Assembly: GCA_964430885.1 (NCBI GenBank)
Contig: CAYSHM010000013.1
Span: 14,955 to 78,954 of the forward strand
DNA: 64,000 nt
Origin: an uncultured archaeon
Lineage (GTDB): Archaea > Thermoplasmatota > Penumbrarchaeia > JASLWR01
Direction of reading: 5' to 3'
This document shows, piece after piece, positions 40,173 to 49,417 of the stretch. Each line of letters begins with the position of its first letter. The stretch's first letter is position 1. The notes beneath the pieces are model-generated. The model was not told where the DNA came from and made no database searches. It saw nothing but the letters and a program-made list of their open reading frames with translations. The translations under genes and the position numbers were made by a program.

Positions 40173-42551
40173 TCATTGGTATCTTAAAGCGTCTCCGGGC
40201 TTCAGCTTGGTGGCTCTTCTCAGCGGAAACTGGATTATCACAATAGCGATAACAAGTGTAATACCAAGGGACATCAGGATATAGATGCCGGGGAATTGAT
40301 GCGTAAAGTTGATCCCGAATATCTCGTTCATCATCCATATAAGGAATCGTCCCACCGCGTAGCCTCCGGGAATTCCTAGTATCCACCCGATAGAAGCCAG
40401 GACCACACCTTCGGTCCCGAACACCCGCCTGATATGCTTGGACAGGGAGCCCAGGCACCTCATCATTCCTATCTCCTTTGTTCTCTCCAGAACGTTCATT
40501 GTCATGGTGCTCACTAGTCCTATCATGGTGATAAGGACGATAAGGGTCCCTACGGCAGCCATGAGCTGGAACATAAGATTGTTCATACGGAGGTTTTCCT
40601 CCTCCATGACATACCAGATCTGATTGTTCACCACATAACCCATGGAGAGCATCTTGTCCTCGATATCGGTGGATACACGGTCGATAAGGCCATGGTCGTC
40701 GGAATCGGTCCTGATGGCGAATCCGTTGATCATATTCTCCCATCCCACAGCATGCTGGAGGGAGTCCAGGGGTACATATCCGGTAAAACCGTTCATCATC
40801 TGCGAGGATGTCAGACCGATCACAGTGAAGTTCCAGGGCCCCCTGGGCGTGCTTACCTCTACAGTATCACCCACGCCGATACCTGTTCGACTGGCCATGT
40901 TCTGTGCAAGAACCATCACGCTGGCATTTTTATTTTCCTCCGATCCGCTGAACCATCTTCCCCTGTAGACTGTCCGATCATGACGGAAGGTCTCGGTATC
41001 ATGTGAGAATCCGAATAGATACATGGCTTCCCCCTCCATCTCTCCTTCTATAAGCATGAAGGGTTCTGCCGTCTCTACGCCGTCCATACTCTCCAGGTCG
41101 AACCTGTTGCTCTCGAAAAGGGGTCTGGCCCCTTCGGTTTGGGTCTGGGACAGGATGTCGATATTGAAGTTATCATACTCCTCAACCACGGCGCTTGAAA
41201 GGGAATAACCCACTGTGACAATGCCCAGGAACATGGAAACCGCCAATGTGACCTGGAGTATGGTTGCCAGGCTTCTCCCTTTCCTCCGGGCTATGTTCCT
41301 GATGCCCATCTGAATTGTTCTTGGCATTCTTTTGAGTCCCATTAGTATCCGATCAGTCATTCCGATACCGTATCCCGATGAGATATTCCCGCCTTCAAGC
41401 CCTTCCCTTACTGTGATCTTGAGGCCCTTTCTAAGAGCGGGTATTATTGCCAGAAGAGTAATGATAATTCCTGATAAGAATGTTATGATGACTGTAAACC
41501 AGTGAATATTGAAGGGAGGTATAAGACCGTAGAATGTTGATGCTATGAACCTGAGGAAATAGTGGGATATGAATATACCGAGGATTACTCCGAGGAGCGA
41601 CCCGCCGGCGCTCATGAGCACTGATGTAGTCATGTAGGAACGTATTATCTGAAATCTGGTGGCGCCGATGGCCTTCATCTGGGCAATCTCTTTTCTCTGC
41701 TCCGTTATCATGGTGTTCATGGTGTTTGCTATAAGGAACACTGCACAGAAAAGAGTAAGGAAGGTCATTACGTAGAAGAACAGGGAGTTGTTCTGGAATT
41801 CTTCTTTTCCAGGATATTCACTTTGCTTGTTGATCTCAGGCATATTGGAGAAAGAAGTGAATTCGGTATTGGCCAAAAGGAATGCTCTAACAGTTTCCAC
41901 AGTTTCCTCTGCCTCAGATTGGGTAGATTTTTGGAGGTCGAGTGCAAGAGAATTATAGCCGGATGAATTCGAGATGGCCCTGACCGTATCCAGATTACCG
42001 TAGAATACTGCCAGTCCGAAGGAAGTGTGCGGATAGGTTATGCTGTGTGCCTTTCCGGTGATGTTCAGTTCGGTCTCCACCCCCTCTGAGGTGAATATTC
42101 TTACCCTGTCACCGCTGAATAGACCGTTCCTGGTGTTTCCTTCATCAGCTAATAGCTCCATATGACCCGGTTGACCCCCTGAATCCAAAGCTACTCGGTT
42201 AACCTTCTGGTCATCGAAATCCTCTATGCCGACGATATAGGCCTGGGCTCTCCTTTCGCCTTTGTAGTACCGGGTAACGAAAAAAACTCTTGCCTCTAGA
42301 TCTTCTACATTATCAAGTCCTCTCAGGCCATTCAGCTCATCCTTTGTCAGTTCCAGGTCATAGGTTGACAACTGAACGTCATAGAGATTAGCCTTTCTCA
42401 ATTCGTCTTCCATAGCCTCGTCCATCAATGGGGTCACAGCGAAAAGACTAAGGCTGGCCACTGCCAATGTTATGGTGAGCATGGTGAAGATGGTCCGGGA
42501 TTTTCTGAGTTTCAGGTCCCCGAAGCTCTTCTTTATTATGCTGGGTATCAT
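40173..42551 (-). CDS. FtsX/MacB-type ABC permease (duplicated)
   Basis: EQRKEIAQMKAIGAT and ERTKEIGMMRCLGS motifs; ends P.DALRYQ. Confidence 0.9.
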   Translation of the reverse strand: MIPSIIKKSFGDLKLRKSRTIFTMLTITLAVASLSLFAVTPLMDEAMEDELRKANLYDVQLSTYDLELTKDELNGLRGLDNVEDLEARVFFVTRYYKGERRAQAYIVGIEDFDDQKVNRVALDSGGQPGHMELLADEGNTRNGLFSGDRVRIFTSEGVETELNITGKAHSITYPHTSFGLAVFYGNLDTVRAISNSSGYNSLALDLQKSTQSEAEETVETVRAFLLANTEFTSFSNMPEINKQSEYPGKEEFQNNSLFFYVMTFLTLFCAVFLIANTMNTMITEQRKEIAQMKAIGATRFQIIRSYMTTSVLMSAGGSLLGVILGIFISHYFLRFIASTFYGLIPPFNIHWFTVIITFLSGIIITLLAIIPALRKGLKITVREGLEGGNISSGYGIGMTDRILMGLKRMPRTIQMGIRNIARRKGRSLATILQVTLAVSMFLGIVTVGYSLSSAVVEEYDNFNIDILSQTQTEGARPLFESNRFDLESMDGVETAEPFMLIEGEMEGEAMYLFGFSHDTETFRHDRTVYRGRWFSGSEENKNASVMVLAQNMASRTGIGVGDTVEVSTPRGPWNFTVIGLTSSQMMNGFTGYVPLDSLQHAVGWENMINGFAIRTDSDDHGLIDRVSTDIEDKMLSMGYVVNNQIWYVMEEENLRMNNLMFQLMAAVGTLIVLITMIGLVSTMTMNVLERTKEIGMMRCLGSLSKHIRRVFGTEGVVLASIGWILGIPGGYAVGRFLIWMMNEIFGINFTHQFPGIYILMSLGITLVIAIVIIQFPLRRATKLKPGDALRYQ

Positions 42552-42602
42552 TTTATTCCACTCCTCTTTCTCCTTGCATTGATATGTTTTCAGGATTTTT
42601 CA

Positions 42603-43283
42603 CTACTGTGCCGACGCCCTGCCGTCAAGAATGGTTATTTTTCTATCCGCCTTGGCTGCCAGTTCTCTGCTGTGGGTGACGTAGATAATGGTCTTACCTC
42701 TCTTGTTCAGTCTCTTGAACAGCTTGAACATCTCGCTCTCGGTCTTTGAATCAAGATTGCCGGTAGGTTCGTCGCCGATTATGATCCACGGATCGTTGGC
42801 AAGAGATCGGGCGATGGCAACTCTCTGCTGTTCTCCTCCGGATAGTTCAGAGGGCAGATTGTCTAGTTTGTCCCCTAGGCCCACAAGCTCCAGGTTCTTT
42901 TTGGCCGTATCCCTTCTCTCCTTCAGGCTCCCTCGGCCTGCAAAATCCATGGGGAGTATGGCGTTCTCCAGGGCAGTTAGGGTGGGGAAAAGCTGGAAGA
43001 ACTGAAATACTATCCCCACGTTCTTTCCTCTCCACTTGGCCAGCTCGTCCTCCTTCATCCTGTCGATCCTCTGCCCTCCAACGGTGATGGTCCCTTCGGT
43101 GGGCCGATCGATGCCGGTGATCATGTTCAGAAGGGTGGATTTTCCGCTGCCAGATGGCCCGACTATTGCCGTTAGTTCTCCCTTTTTTATGGTAAGGTCT
43201 ATCTCCTTCAAGGCCTGAAATTCCATCTTTCCTGTGGTGTAGGTCTTTGACAGGCTGTTCAGTTGTATCTCTCTCATTTTCAT
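42603..43283 (-). CDS. LolD/MacB-type ABC ATPase
   Basis: [32 protein letters not shown]. Confidence 0.93.
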   Translation of the reverse strand: MKMREIQLNSLSKTYTTGKMEFQALKEIDLTIKKGELTAIVGPSGSGKSTLLNMITGIDRPTEGTITVGGQRIDRMKEDELAKWRGKNVGIVFQFFQLFPTLTALENAILPMDFAGRGSLKERRDTAKKNLELVGLGDKLDNLPSELSGGEQQRVAIARSLANDPWIIIGDEPTGNLDSKTESEMFKLFKRLNKRGKTIIYVTHSRELAAKADRKITILDGRASAQ

Positions 43284-43415
43284 TCCTCCTTATTTTCTTC
43301 GTTTTGACTATTTCCATTTCCGGATTTCAACGGTAGTTTCTGCAGCATCAAGGCTGCTTTTAAACGAATTAAATACTAAAATCACAATATATTTTCAGTT
43401 CATTTTCCCGATACC

Positions 43416-44303
43416 TCAGCTGCCGATAAGCAGCCGTTTGGACATCCTTCCGTGAAGCCTTCCCAGAATGCTTACAAGGTGCATTGTCCATGTGAGGATG
43501 GCAAATCCCAGAAGCATGGTCACTGCCTGGAACCAGGCGGGTCCCGGAAGCACACCTACCATCAGACCGTTTATGTTTAGCAGATATATGATGGGTGCAC
43601 CGATAAGTGCAATTGCCACGGCGAAGAAGGTCACGATGAGGGTGAAATAGATTATCCCCAGGGGGAAGATCAATAGCATGTAGAGCATGGAAGTGTATAG
43701 TTTGGGGTTCTTCAGGATGGTCCAGACCCTTTTCCACAGCTTACCCTTGACCTTGTACTTTCTTCTTTTACGGGGCATTCTTATTCCAAGTAGTTTTTCG
43801 GTGAGACGTCCGTGGAAGAAAGATATGGGAGATATGCTCAGCAGAAACAGTGCCAGGAGAGGCAGGCCTATAATTGTAACGATAAGTCCCAGACTGAGTG
43901 AAAGGCCAGTGACTATATAGGTGAAGTAGATTATTCCCAAGGGGAACATCAGGAACAGATAAAGGAGGCTTCGGTAGGTCACACTGTCGGCATAAACCCC
44001 GAATATTGTTCCCAGTAACCCTTTTCTTCTCTCCTCCCGTTTTTTCTGGATCCTTTTCTTGTAGCTTTTATCCTGCTTGATGTACTCCTTTGCTATTGTC
44101 TTGGGATTTCCGTACTGTCTGATCGCCAGCTTGACAAGGCGGCCCATGTCGTCTATCTTACTTCTTTCAGCAATATCAGTTATTAGCTCGGTCAAATGCT
44201 CTTCTGCATCATCCAGTGCGTCAGCTGTTATTGCTGGATCCGCATCCTCAAGGCATTTCTCCAATTTCTTGATATAATCCTTTATCGTCAATATCTCACC
44301 CAT
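43416..44303 (-). CDS. HAAS-domain / putative-sensor membrane protein
   Basis: N-terminal YI..L...L......DAEEHL...YGNP..IA.EY (HAAS) followed by duplicated LLY..L.FPLGIIYFT TM segments. Start after a GGAGGTGG RBS. Confidence 0.8.
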   Translation of the reverse strand: MGEILTIKDYIKKLEKCLEDADPAITADALDDAEEHLTELITDIAERSKIDDMGRLVKLAIRQYGNPKTIAKEYIKQDKSYKKRIQKKREERRKGLLGTIFGVYADSVTYRSLLYLFLMFPLGIIYFTYIVTGLSLSLGLIVTIIGLPLLALFLLSISPISFFHGRLTEKLLGIRMPRKRRKYKVKGKLWKRVWTILKNPKLYTSMLYMLLIFPLGIIYFTLIVTFFAVAIALIGAPIIYLLNINGLMVGVLPGPAWFQAVTMLLGFAILTWTMHLVSILGRLHGRMSKRLLIGS

Positions 44304-44739
44304 AAATACCACCTCCCAGAACTGTATCAACGAACCGTTTGGTCCGATTCCAGGTCTCAGTCCAAATGTCCAGCTTCTTCTTTCCCTTGGTTGTAATATC
44401 GTAGTATTTTCTCGGAGGTCCGGATTCGGATGCCTTGAGGAAACTTTTCAGGAACCCTTTCTTCTCCATTGACCTGAGAACTGGATAAATGGTTCCCTGT
44501 TTCAGCTCCATTCGGTTGTGGCCCCTATCGCTCATCTCCTTTGCGATCTGGTAGCCGTACATCGCTTTTTTGGACTTGTCTAGCACCGACAGCAGGATCA
44601 ATGATATCAGACCAGTGATGATATCTTTTTCGAACTTGGCGTCCCTTTGCCCTTTTCCCCGGCCGTTTGTACTACGTCCTCTCTTCTTTCCGGCTTTTTT
44701 CTTGCTGTCCTTGGTGGACCTTGCCATTCCTATGAACAT
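44296..44739 (-). CDS. PadR family transcriptional regulator
   Basis: LILLSVL...YGYQI...GTIYPVL..ME..G.L......SGPPRKYY.IT..G. Start at 44739 or 44727; the longer ORF-track start is unlikely. Confidence 0.9.
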   Translation of the reverse strand: MFIGMARSTKDSKKKAGKKRGRSTNGRGKGQRDAKFEKDIITGLISLILLSVLDKSKKAMYGYQIAKEMSDRGHNRMELKQGTIYPVLRSMEKKGFLKSFLKASESGPPRKYYDITTKGKKKLDIWTETWNRTKRFVDTVLGGGIYG

Positions 44740-44845
44740 GGATGATGCTAGAATTACAGGGGCCAGTGCCTGGGATCTTTTTTCTGATCTGTTTATATTA
44801 TCACCTTCATATGAATGAGAAAACCATTTATTCGCTGCTAGCATT

Positions 44846-45808
44846 CTACATCCCTCCTTTGGTTTTTATTGAATGAACCTGGTATCCGTAAAGGTCAACA
44901 TCTCCATTGGAGGTCTTAATCTCCAGTAGAGTTCCGCCGTTCCCAATTGTGCCTTTGATCTTATTATCTCCGAAGTTGGACCGGGATATCATTAGGTTAT
45001 GGAAATCCAGATCACCGTTGCTGGTGCTCATCTCCACGTTCAGATCGGAATCCAAAGGTATATGCATCTCGATGTCGCCATTGCTGGTCTTGAGGAATGT
45101 ATCTGTGACCGAAGCATTGATTACTCGAATATTGATGTCCCCGTTGCTTGTTCTGACCTCGCGGATATCAAGGACGTCGAATATATCCACTTTGCCGTTA
45201 TCGGTAACCGCCTTGACTATGCCGTCAACACCACTTATCTGTATGGAACCTGAGTCGCATATGCTTGTAACGTTTCCTGTCACATCAGAGATCCTGACCT
45301 TTCCGTGTCCGGTCTTCAGGTCAAGGTCTCCTTCATGATCGCTAACATATATTGCACCAACCTGAGTTTCGATATGGATGTCCCCTGAAGTGCCTTCTAT
45401 GTCGATCCTGCCCCAATCGGTCTCCACCTTCTTCACATGAACCTCGCGGGGTATCTGAATGTCCATCTCAACTGAGACCCATGTTATTGTCTCATCATAA
45501 TCGGTCCTAATGGAAAAATCAACTCCAGGACTGATATCTATATCCACCTTATCGAGCTCTTCACGGCCGAAATAGGTTATCTTGAGAACGTCTATTAGTA
45601 TCTCTGAACCGTCATAGCTTTCTATATTGAGCTTCCCAAGCTTGTTGTCGATTGTTAATACAGTACCGTTCTGAACTGCGTAGTTCCATGATTGCGATGA
45701 GGTTTCCTTCTTGAAATATCCCAATGAGATCGCCGATGCAAACCACAATCCGCACATGACGAGCATTGCCAGGGATACTATGATAAAGGCTTTGTTCTTG
45801 GTGTTCAT
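44846..45808 (-). CDS. DUF4097 (toast-rack beta-repeat) membrane-anchored protein
   Basis: N-terminal TM and repeated TSNGD(I/L/V) strands. Confidence 0.85.
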   Translation of the reverse strand: MNTKNKAFIIVSLAMLVMCGLWFASAISLGYFKKETSSQSWNYAVQNGTVLTIDNKLGKLNIESYDGSEILIDVLKITYFGREELDKVDIDISPGVDFSIRTDYDETITWVSVEMDIQIPREVHVKKVETDWGRIDIEGTSGDIHIETQVGAIYVSDHEGDLDLKTGHGKVRISDVTGNVTSICDSGSIQISGVDGIVKAVTDNGKVDIFDVLDIREVRTSNGDINIRVINASVTDTFLKTSNGDIEMHIPLDSDLNVEMSTSNGDLDFHNLMISRSNFGDNKIKGTIGNGGTLLEIKTSNGDVDLYGYQVHSIKTKGGM

Positions 45809-45866
45809 TTCTTTACCTCCAGGGTACTTTTTTCAAGGGTATTATGGTGCCTACAATATTAAACAC

Positions 45867-45882
45867 TTTACAGTATTGTAAA
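45867..45882. promoter_or_regulatory. Near-palindromic operator candidate TTTACA-GTAT-TGTAAA upstream of the DUF4097-PadR operon
   Basis: Perfect 6-bp inverted arms; a near-identical copy lies at 48553-48568. Confidence 0.5.
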
Positions 45883-46017
45883 CTCCACAATAGTATATAT
45901 ACGTTCTTATTTTATTCTAAAAATAGCATATCGACGGATATGTCATGTTATAAACTCCGGATAATTTCCGGTAATTTAGCTGTAGAAAAAATGGATTCTC
46001 CTTTCGGAAAATGAAAA

Positions 46018-48540
46018 TTAATCTCTTGTGCCCTTAAGATACTGATAGCCCATCCAAACTATGATTGCCAACACCAAAATTCCCAGTATAATATAGACTA
46101 TGATGTTTCCCGCAAAGCTTTTCTCCATTACTTCGTCCTTTTCTCCGGGGCCTATATCATCATTGTCTTCCGGATCTGAGGGGTTGTCGCTTCGGGCTCC
46201 TACCAATACCTCAAAGGTGTCCCAGCCGGCGTTTCCCGCCTCATCCTTCACTGTGATCTTGACGCTGTACTCCCCTGTTGTATGGAAAATGAAAAAGGGT
46301 TCCCTTCCGTAAAGCATCTCGGTGCTGTTCTGATATTCGAAGGCCCATGTCCAATTAACAATGCCCAGATTGTCCCCGCTGGCGTTCACACTGAAATAGG
46401 TGACGTCCCCCTGGGTTGTGATCATCCGCTCCCTGGCTGCAACGAATGGGGATTCAGTATCTCCCACGGTTATCATGATGTTGTCCGAGTCCATGTTCCC
46501 TATTGCATCATAGACCCTCAGGACCACCCTGTACTGTCCCGGATCATGGAATGTTATCACGGGCTCTTTACCATAGAGTGTCTTTGGTTTTCCCAGTAGG
46601 TTCAGTATCCAGGTATAGTTCACAATACCAATATTGTCAATCGACCCTCCACCGCTCAGCACTATTTCATCTCCCATTCCTGCACTTTGGTTATTCCCGG
46701 CATCGGCAGTTGGCGGGTGCATGTCCATTACCAGAGTGCTGAATACCCCGGAGACATCAGCAGTTTTCATTCTGTTGCCCTCAATATCAATACATGAGAA
46801 GTAATATTCCAATAGAGCGGCTTCAACCGGGATCTCCAGCTGGTAGATGTAAACATTTGCTGCCCCGATCATGCGGCTGTAGATCATTCGGTCAACTAGA
46901 AAATCCTCACCCTGGGTCCTGAAATGGATAAAGGCCTTTGAGATATTGTGATTGTCGTGGAAATTGACGGTCAATGAGATGGTCTCACCGGTTCCTGTAT
47001 TCCCATCTAGTTCATGAATAAGGAAAACCGGGGGATCATTATCCTTCACTTCGATACTTCCGAGGTAGCTGCTGTTGATATTGCCGGCCTTATCCGATAT
47101 TATTGCATTGTAGAAAAGCATCCCCGGGCTGGTATCCAGTGTAATGTTGCCCCTCCAGGTTCCATAGGGTGTATGGTTAAGTGTGATATTGCCGGAAAGC
47201 GGATCATGGGACCAGTTAACATTTACTGACCCGATGCCTGATTCATCCTCAATATCGATAATAAATTCGTAATTATCTCCAGTGGTTGCTGATTCCTGAG
47301 AAAGATCCCCAACAAGGACGGGAGGTCGTGTATCTGGCGGCGGACCGCTGACATTGATACCGATGGTATGGTTGTACCGTCCGAAATCCACCCTGAAAGG
47401 GTATACTCCGGGGGGCAGGAGTGTCCCATTGGGAAAGGACAGGTTCCATTCCAGAAGATAGAAACCTCCTCCAGGGGGCAGAGCGAAATATGGATATGTC
47501 CCATTGCCTTTTTGTCTTGAATATATGGTGCTGTGATTTCCGTGGTACAGAGCATACCCTGCGGGCTGGTATCCTTCGATCACACCCGGTGCGGTATTTA
47601 ATATAGTAAGATTTGCAGTCTCCCCGTAATGATAATGTTCCTTTTCGGATACCGCTTTATGAGGCTGCAGGTCGGGACCGATTGTAAACCATACTAGGTC
47701 CTCTTGATTGTTAAATCGTGGCTCTGAAATGAAATATCTTCCCGGGGGGACGGGGTTACCATCCAGATCAAGCTGGTTCCATGTGTGGTCATAATGGATC
47801 CCGCCGGATTCCATGTCCCAGATCGCAGGGGCGTATTCCATGTGTTCCTCGTGATATACCAGAGAACCGTTTTCGCTCTTGATATCAAAAATTCCTATCA
47901 TGGGTATTCCTCCAACCATCAAAGTTTCGTTGGAGGTGTTCTTGGTACCTATCACCACTCCCTCTCCTGGCCCGTAATACTTTCGGTCAACAACAAGTTT
48001 CAGCACCCATGGATATATCACGATATTACAGGCAGCGTCCAGCCCGCCGTAGTTCTTTTCAATAGTATAGTTGCCTGCCGGAACAAGACTGCCGTTGCCG
48101 GCCCTTTGATTCCATTTCTCAACAAAGGTGGTTTCGTGGGGTCTCAGTCTGGAATCGGCAACCACCGCATCCAGGTCATGCTCGGCATATATCAGCTCGC
48201 CGGTATCGTTGTTCCTGACGGAAAATGTGCCTCCTATGGCATGGTTATCATGAAGAGTGCCAGGTCCCTCATTGCTTAGGTAGATCGAGATGTTCTCCTG
48301 GCTCCCGTAATAATATTTATCGGTTGACAGGAGCAGGTTTGTCTCCTTGGCTCTTGCCTGCATGACGACAGTTTTTTCTAGGCTGAATGTTAATTGTGGC
48401 AGGGTGGATTCAGTTGTCAGGTGATTCCCATGAAGAAATATTTGATTGATAGAAGGGATGAACAGAATTAATAGTATCAATATAATCATGGGAACTGCTG
48501 TATTTCCAGTTCTGCCGAGTATGCCCTTTTTCCGATTCAT
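46018..48540 (-). CDS. Surface protein: three BsuPI-like Ig domains, W-x-H module, two PKD domains, C-terminal TM
   Basis: Three W(N)Q/L....G..(V/L)P.G.Y repeats; PPTADAG...DNIGIVNYTW PKD motifs; signal peptide and C-terminal anchor. Confidence 0.75.
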   Translation of the reverse strand: MNRKKGILGRTGNTAVPMIILILLILFIPSINQIFLHGNHLTTESTLPQLTFSLEKTVVMQARAKETNLLLSTDKYYYGSQENISIYLSNEGPGTLHDNHAIGGTFSVRNNDTGELIYAEHDLDAVVADSRLRPHETTFVEKWNQRAGNGSLVPAGNYTIEKNYGGLDAACNIVIYPWVLKLVVDRKYYGPGEGVVIGTKNTSNETLMVGGIPMIGIFDIKSENGSLVYHEEHMEYAPAIWDMESGGIHYDHTWNQLDLDGNPVPPGRYFISEPRFNNQEDLVWFTIGPDLQPHKAVSEKEHYHYGETANLTILNTAPGVIEGYQPAGYALYHGNHSTIYSRQKGNGTYPYFALPPGGGFYLLEWNLSFPNGTLLPPGVYPFRVDFGRYNHTIGINVSGPPPDTRPPVLVGDLSQESATTGDNYEFIIDIEDESGIGSVNVNWSHDPLSGNITLNHTPYGTWRGNITLDTSPGMLFYNAIISDKAGNINSSYLGSIEVKDNDPPVFLIHELDGNTGTGETISLTVNFHDNHNISKAFIHFRTQGEDFLVDRMIYSRMIGAANVYIYQLEIPVEAALLEYYFSCIDIEGNRMKTADVSGVFSTLVMDMHPPTADAGNNQSAGMGDEIVLSGGGSIDNIGIVNYTWILNLLGKPKTLYGKEPVITFHDPGQYRVVLRVYDAIGNMDSDNIMITVGDTESPFVAARERMITTQGDVTYFSVNASGDNLGIVNWTWAFEYQNSTEMLYGREPFFIFHTTGEYSVKITVKDEAGNAGWDTFEVLVGARSDNPSDPEDNDDIGPGEKDEVMEKSFAGNIIVYIILGILVLAIIVWMGYQYLKGTRD

Positions 48541-48552
48541 TTCAATCCCGTT

Positions 48553-48568
48553 TTTACAATACTATAAA
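48553..48568. promoter_or_regulatory. Second copy of the operator candidate (TTTACAATACTATAAA)
   Basis: 15/16 match to the reverse complement of the 45867-45882 site; 12 bp upstream of the ATG at 48540. Confidence 0.45.
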
Positions 48569-48742
48569 TTGCATTTACTGCAATTGCATATGCTGCTATA
48601 CTATCACTAATTGATCTGGATTTATTTTTAACTGATGCCTGCAATTTAAAATTATTTGGGAAATATTTTTATGTGCTCATTTTGAATGGCCTTAAGTGTA
48701 AGGTAAACCTTAAATTTATTCAATTTCCGATCATATGCACGG

Positions 48743-49408
48743 GTGTCAGATATGGTAACAGTAAAATTGTCAGGTAAAGATTATGAGCTTAGACCTACAA
48801 AAATTATGTGCCTCCTTCGGAACTATGCAGCTCATGCAGAGGAATTAGGGCATAAGACCACAGCAGAACCCAAGTTCTTTCTAAAGCCCCCTTCATCTCT
48901 TCAGCGGAACAACAAGTTTATCAGGTTCCCCCCTGAGGTCTATGAACTACATCATGAGGTGGAGTTGGCGGTTATCATATCAAAATCAGGTTCCCATATA
49001 CCCGAGAATAGGGTCCAAGAGCATATCAAGGCCTATACCGTAATACTTGATATTACCGCGAGGGATGTGCAGAGAAGGGCCAAGGAAGCGGGTCTTCCCT
49101 GGTCCCAGGCAAAAGGTTATGATACCTTTGCACCTGTGGGACCTGCAGCCTATACCCCTGATGAATTCGACTGGAGGGGTAAGAAAATTTGGCTTAAGGT
49201 CAACGGAGAGATGCGCCAGGAAGGCAATACCGACTTGATGCTTTTCAGTGTAGAAAGGATAGTAAGTCATATTTCTAGCATCATGTCCCTTCGGGAGCAC
49301 GATATAATTTTGACTGGGACCCCTGCCGGAGTTGGTCCACTCTATGGAGATGACCGGATCGAAGCTGGAATAGAGGGAATGGAACCCCTTACAGTCGATG
49401 TGATATAG
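48743..49408 (+). CDS. Fumarylacetoacetate hydrolase family protein
   Basis: RNYAAHAEE, FLKPPSS, HHEVEL, DITARD, KGYDTF, TGTPAGVG. Confidence 0.93.
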   Translation: MSDMVTVKLSGKDYELRPTKIMCLLRNYAAHAEELGHKTTAEPKFFLKPPSSLQRNNKFIRFPPEVYELHHEVELAVIISKSGSHIPENRVQEHIKAYTVILDITARDVQRRAKEAGLPWSQAKGYDTFAPVGPAAYTPDEFDWRGKKIWLKVNGEMRQEGNTDLMLFSVERIVSHISSIMSLREHDIILTGTPAGVGPLYGDDRIEAGIEGMEPLTVDVI

Positions 49409-49417
49409 ACAAAAGTT

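Noticed and set aside
39016-43283. Radical SAM + ABC exporter as a RiPP biosynthetic cluster
   Set aside because: No precursor peptide, RRE/PqqD domain or peptidase was found nearby.
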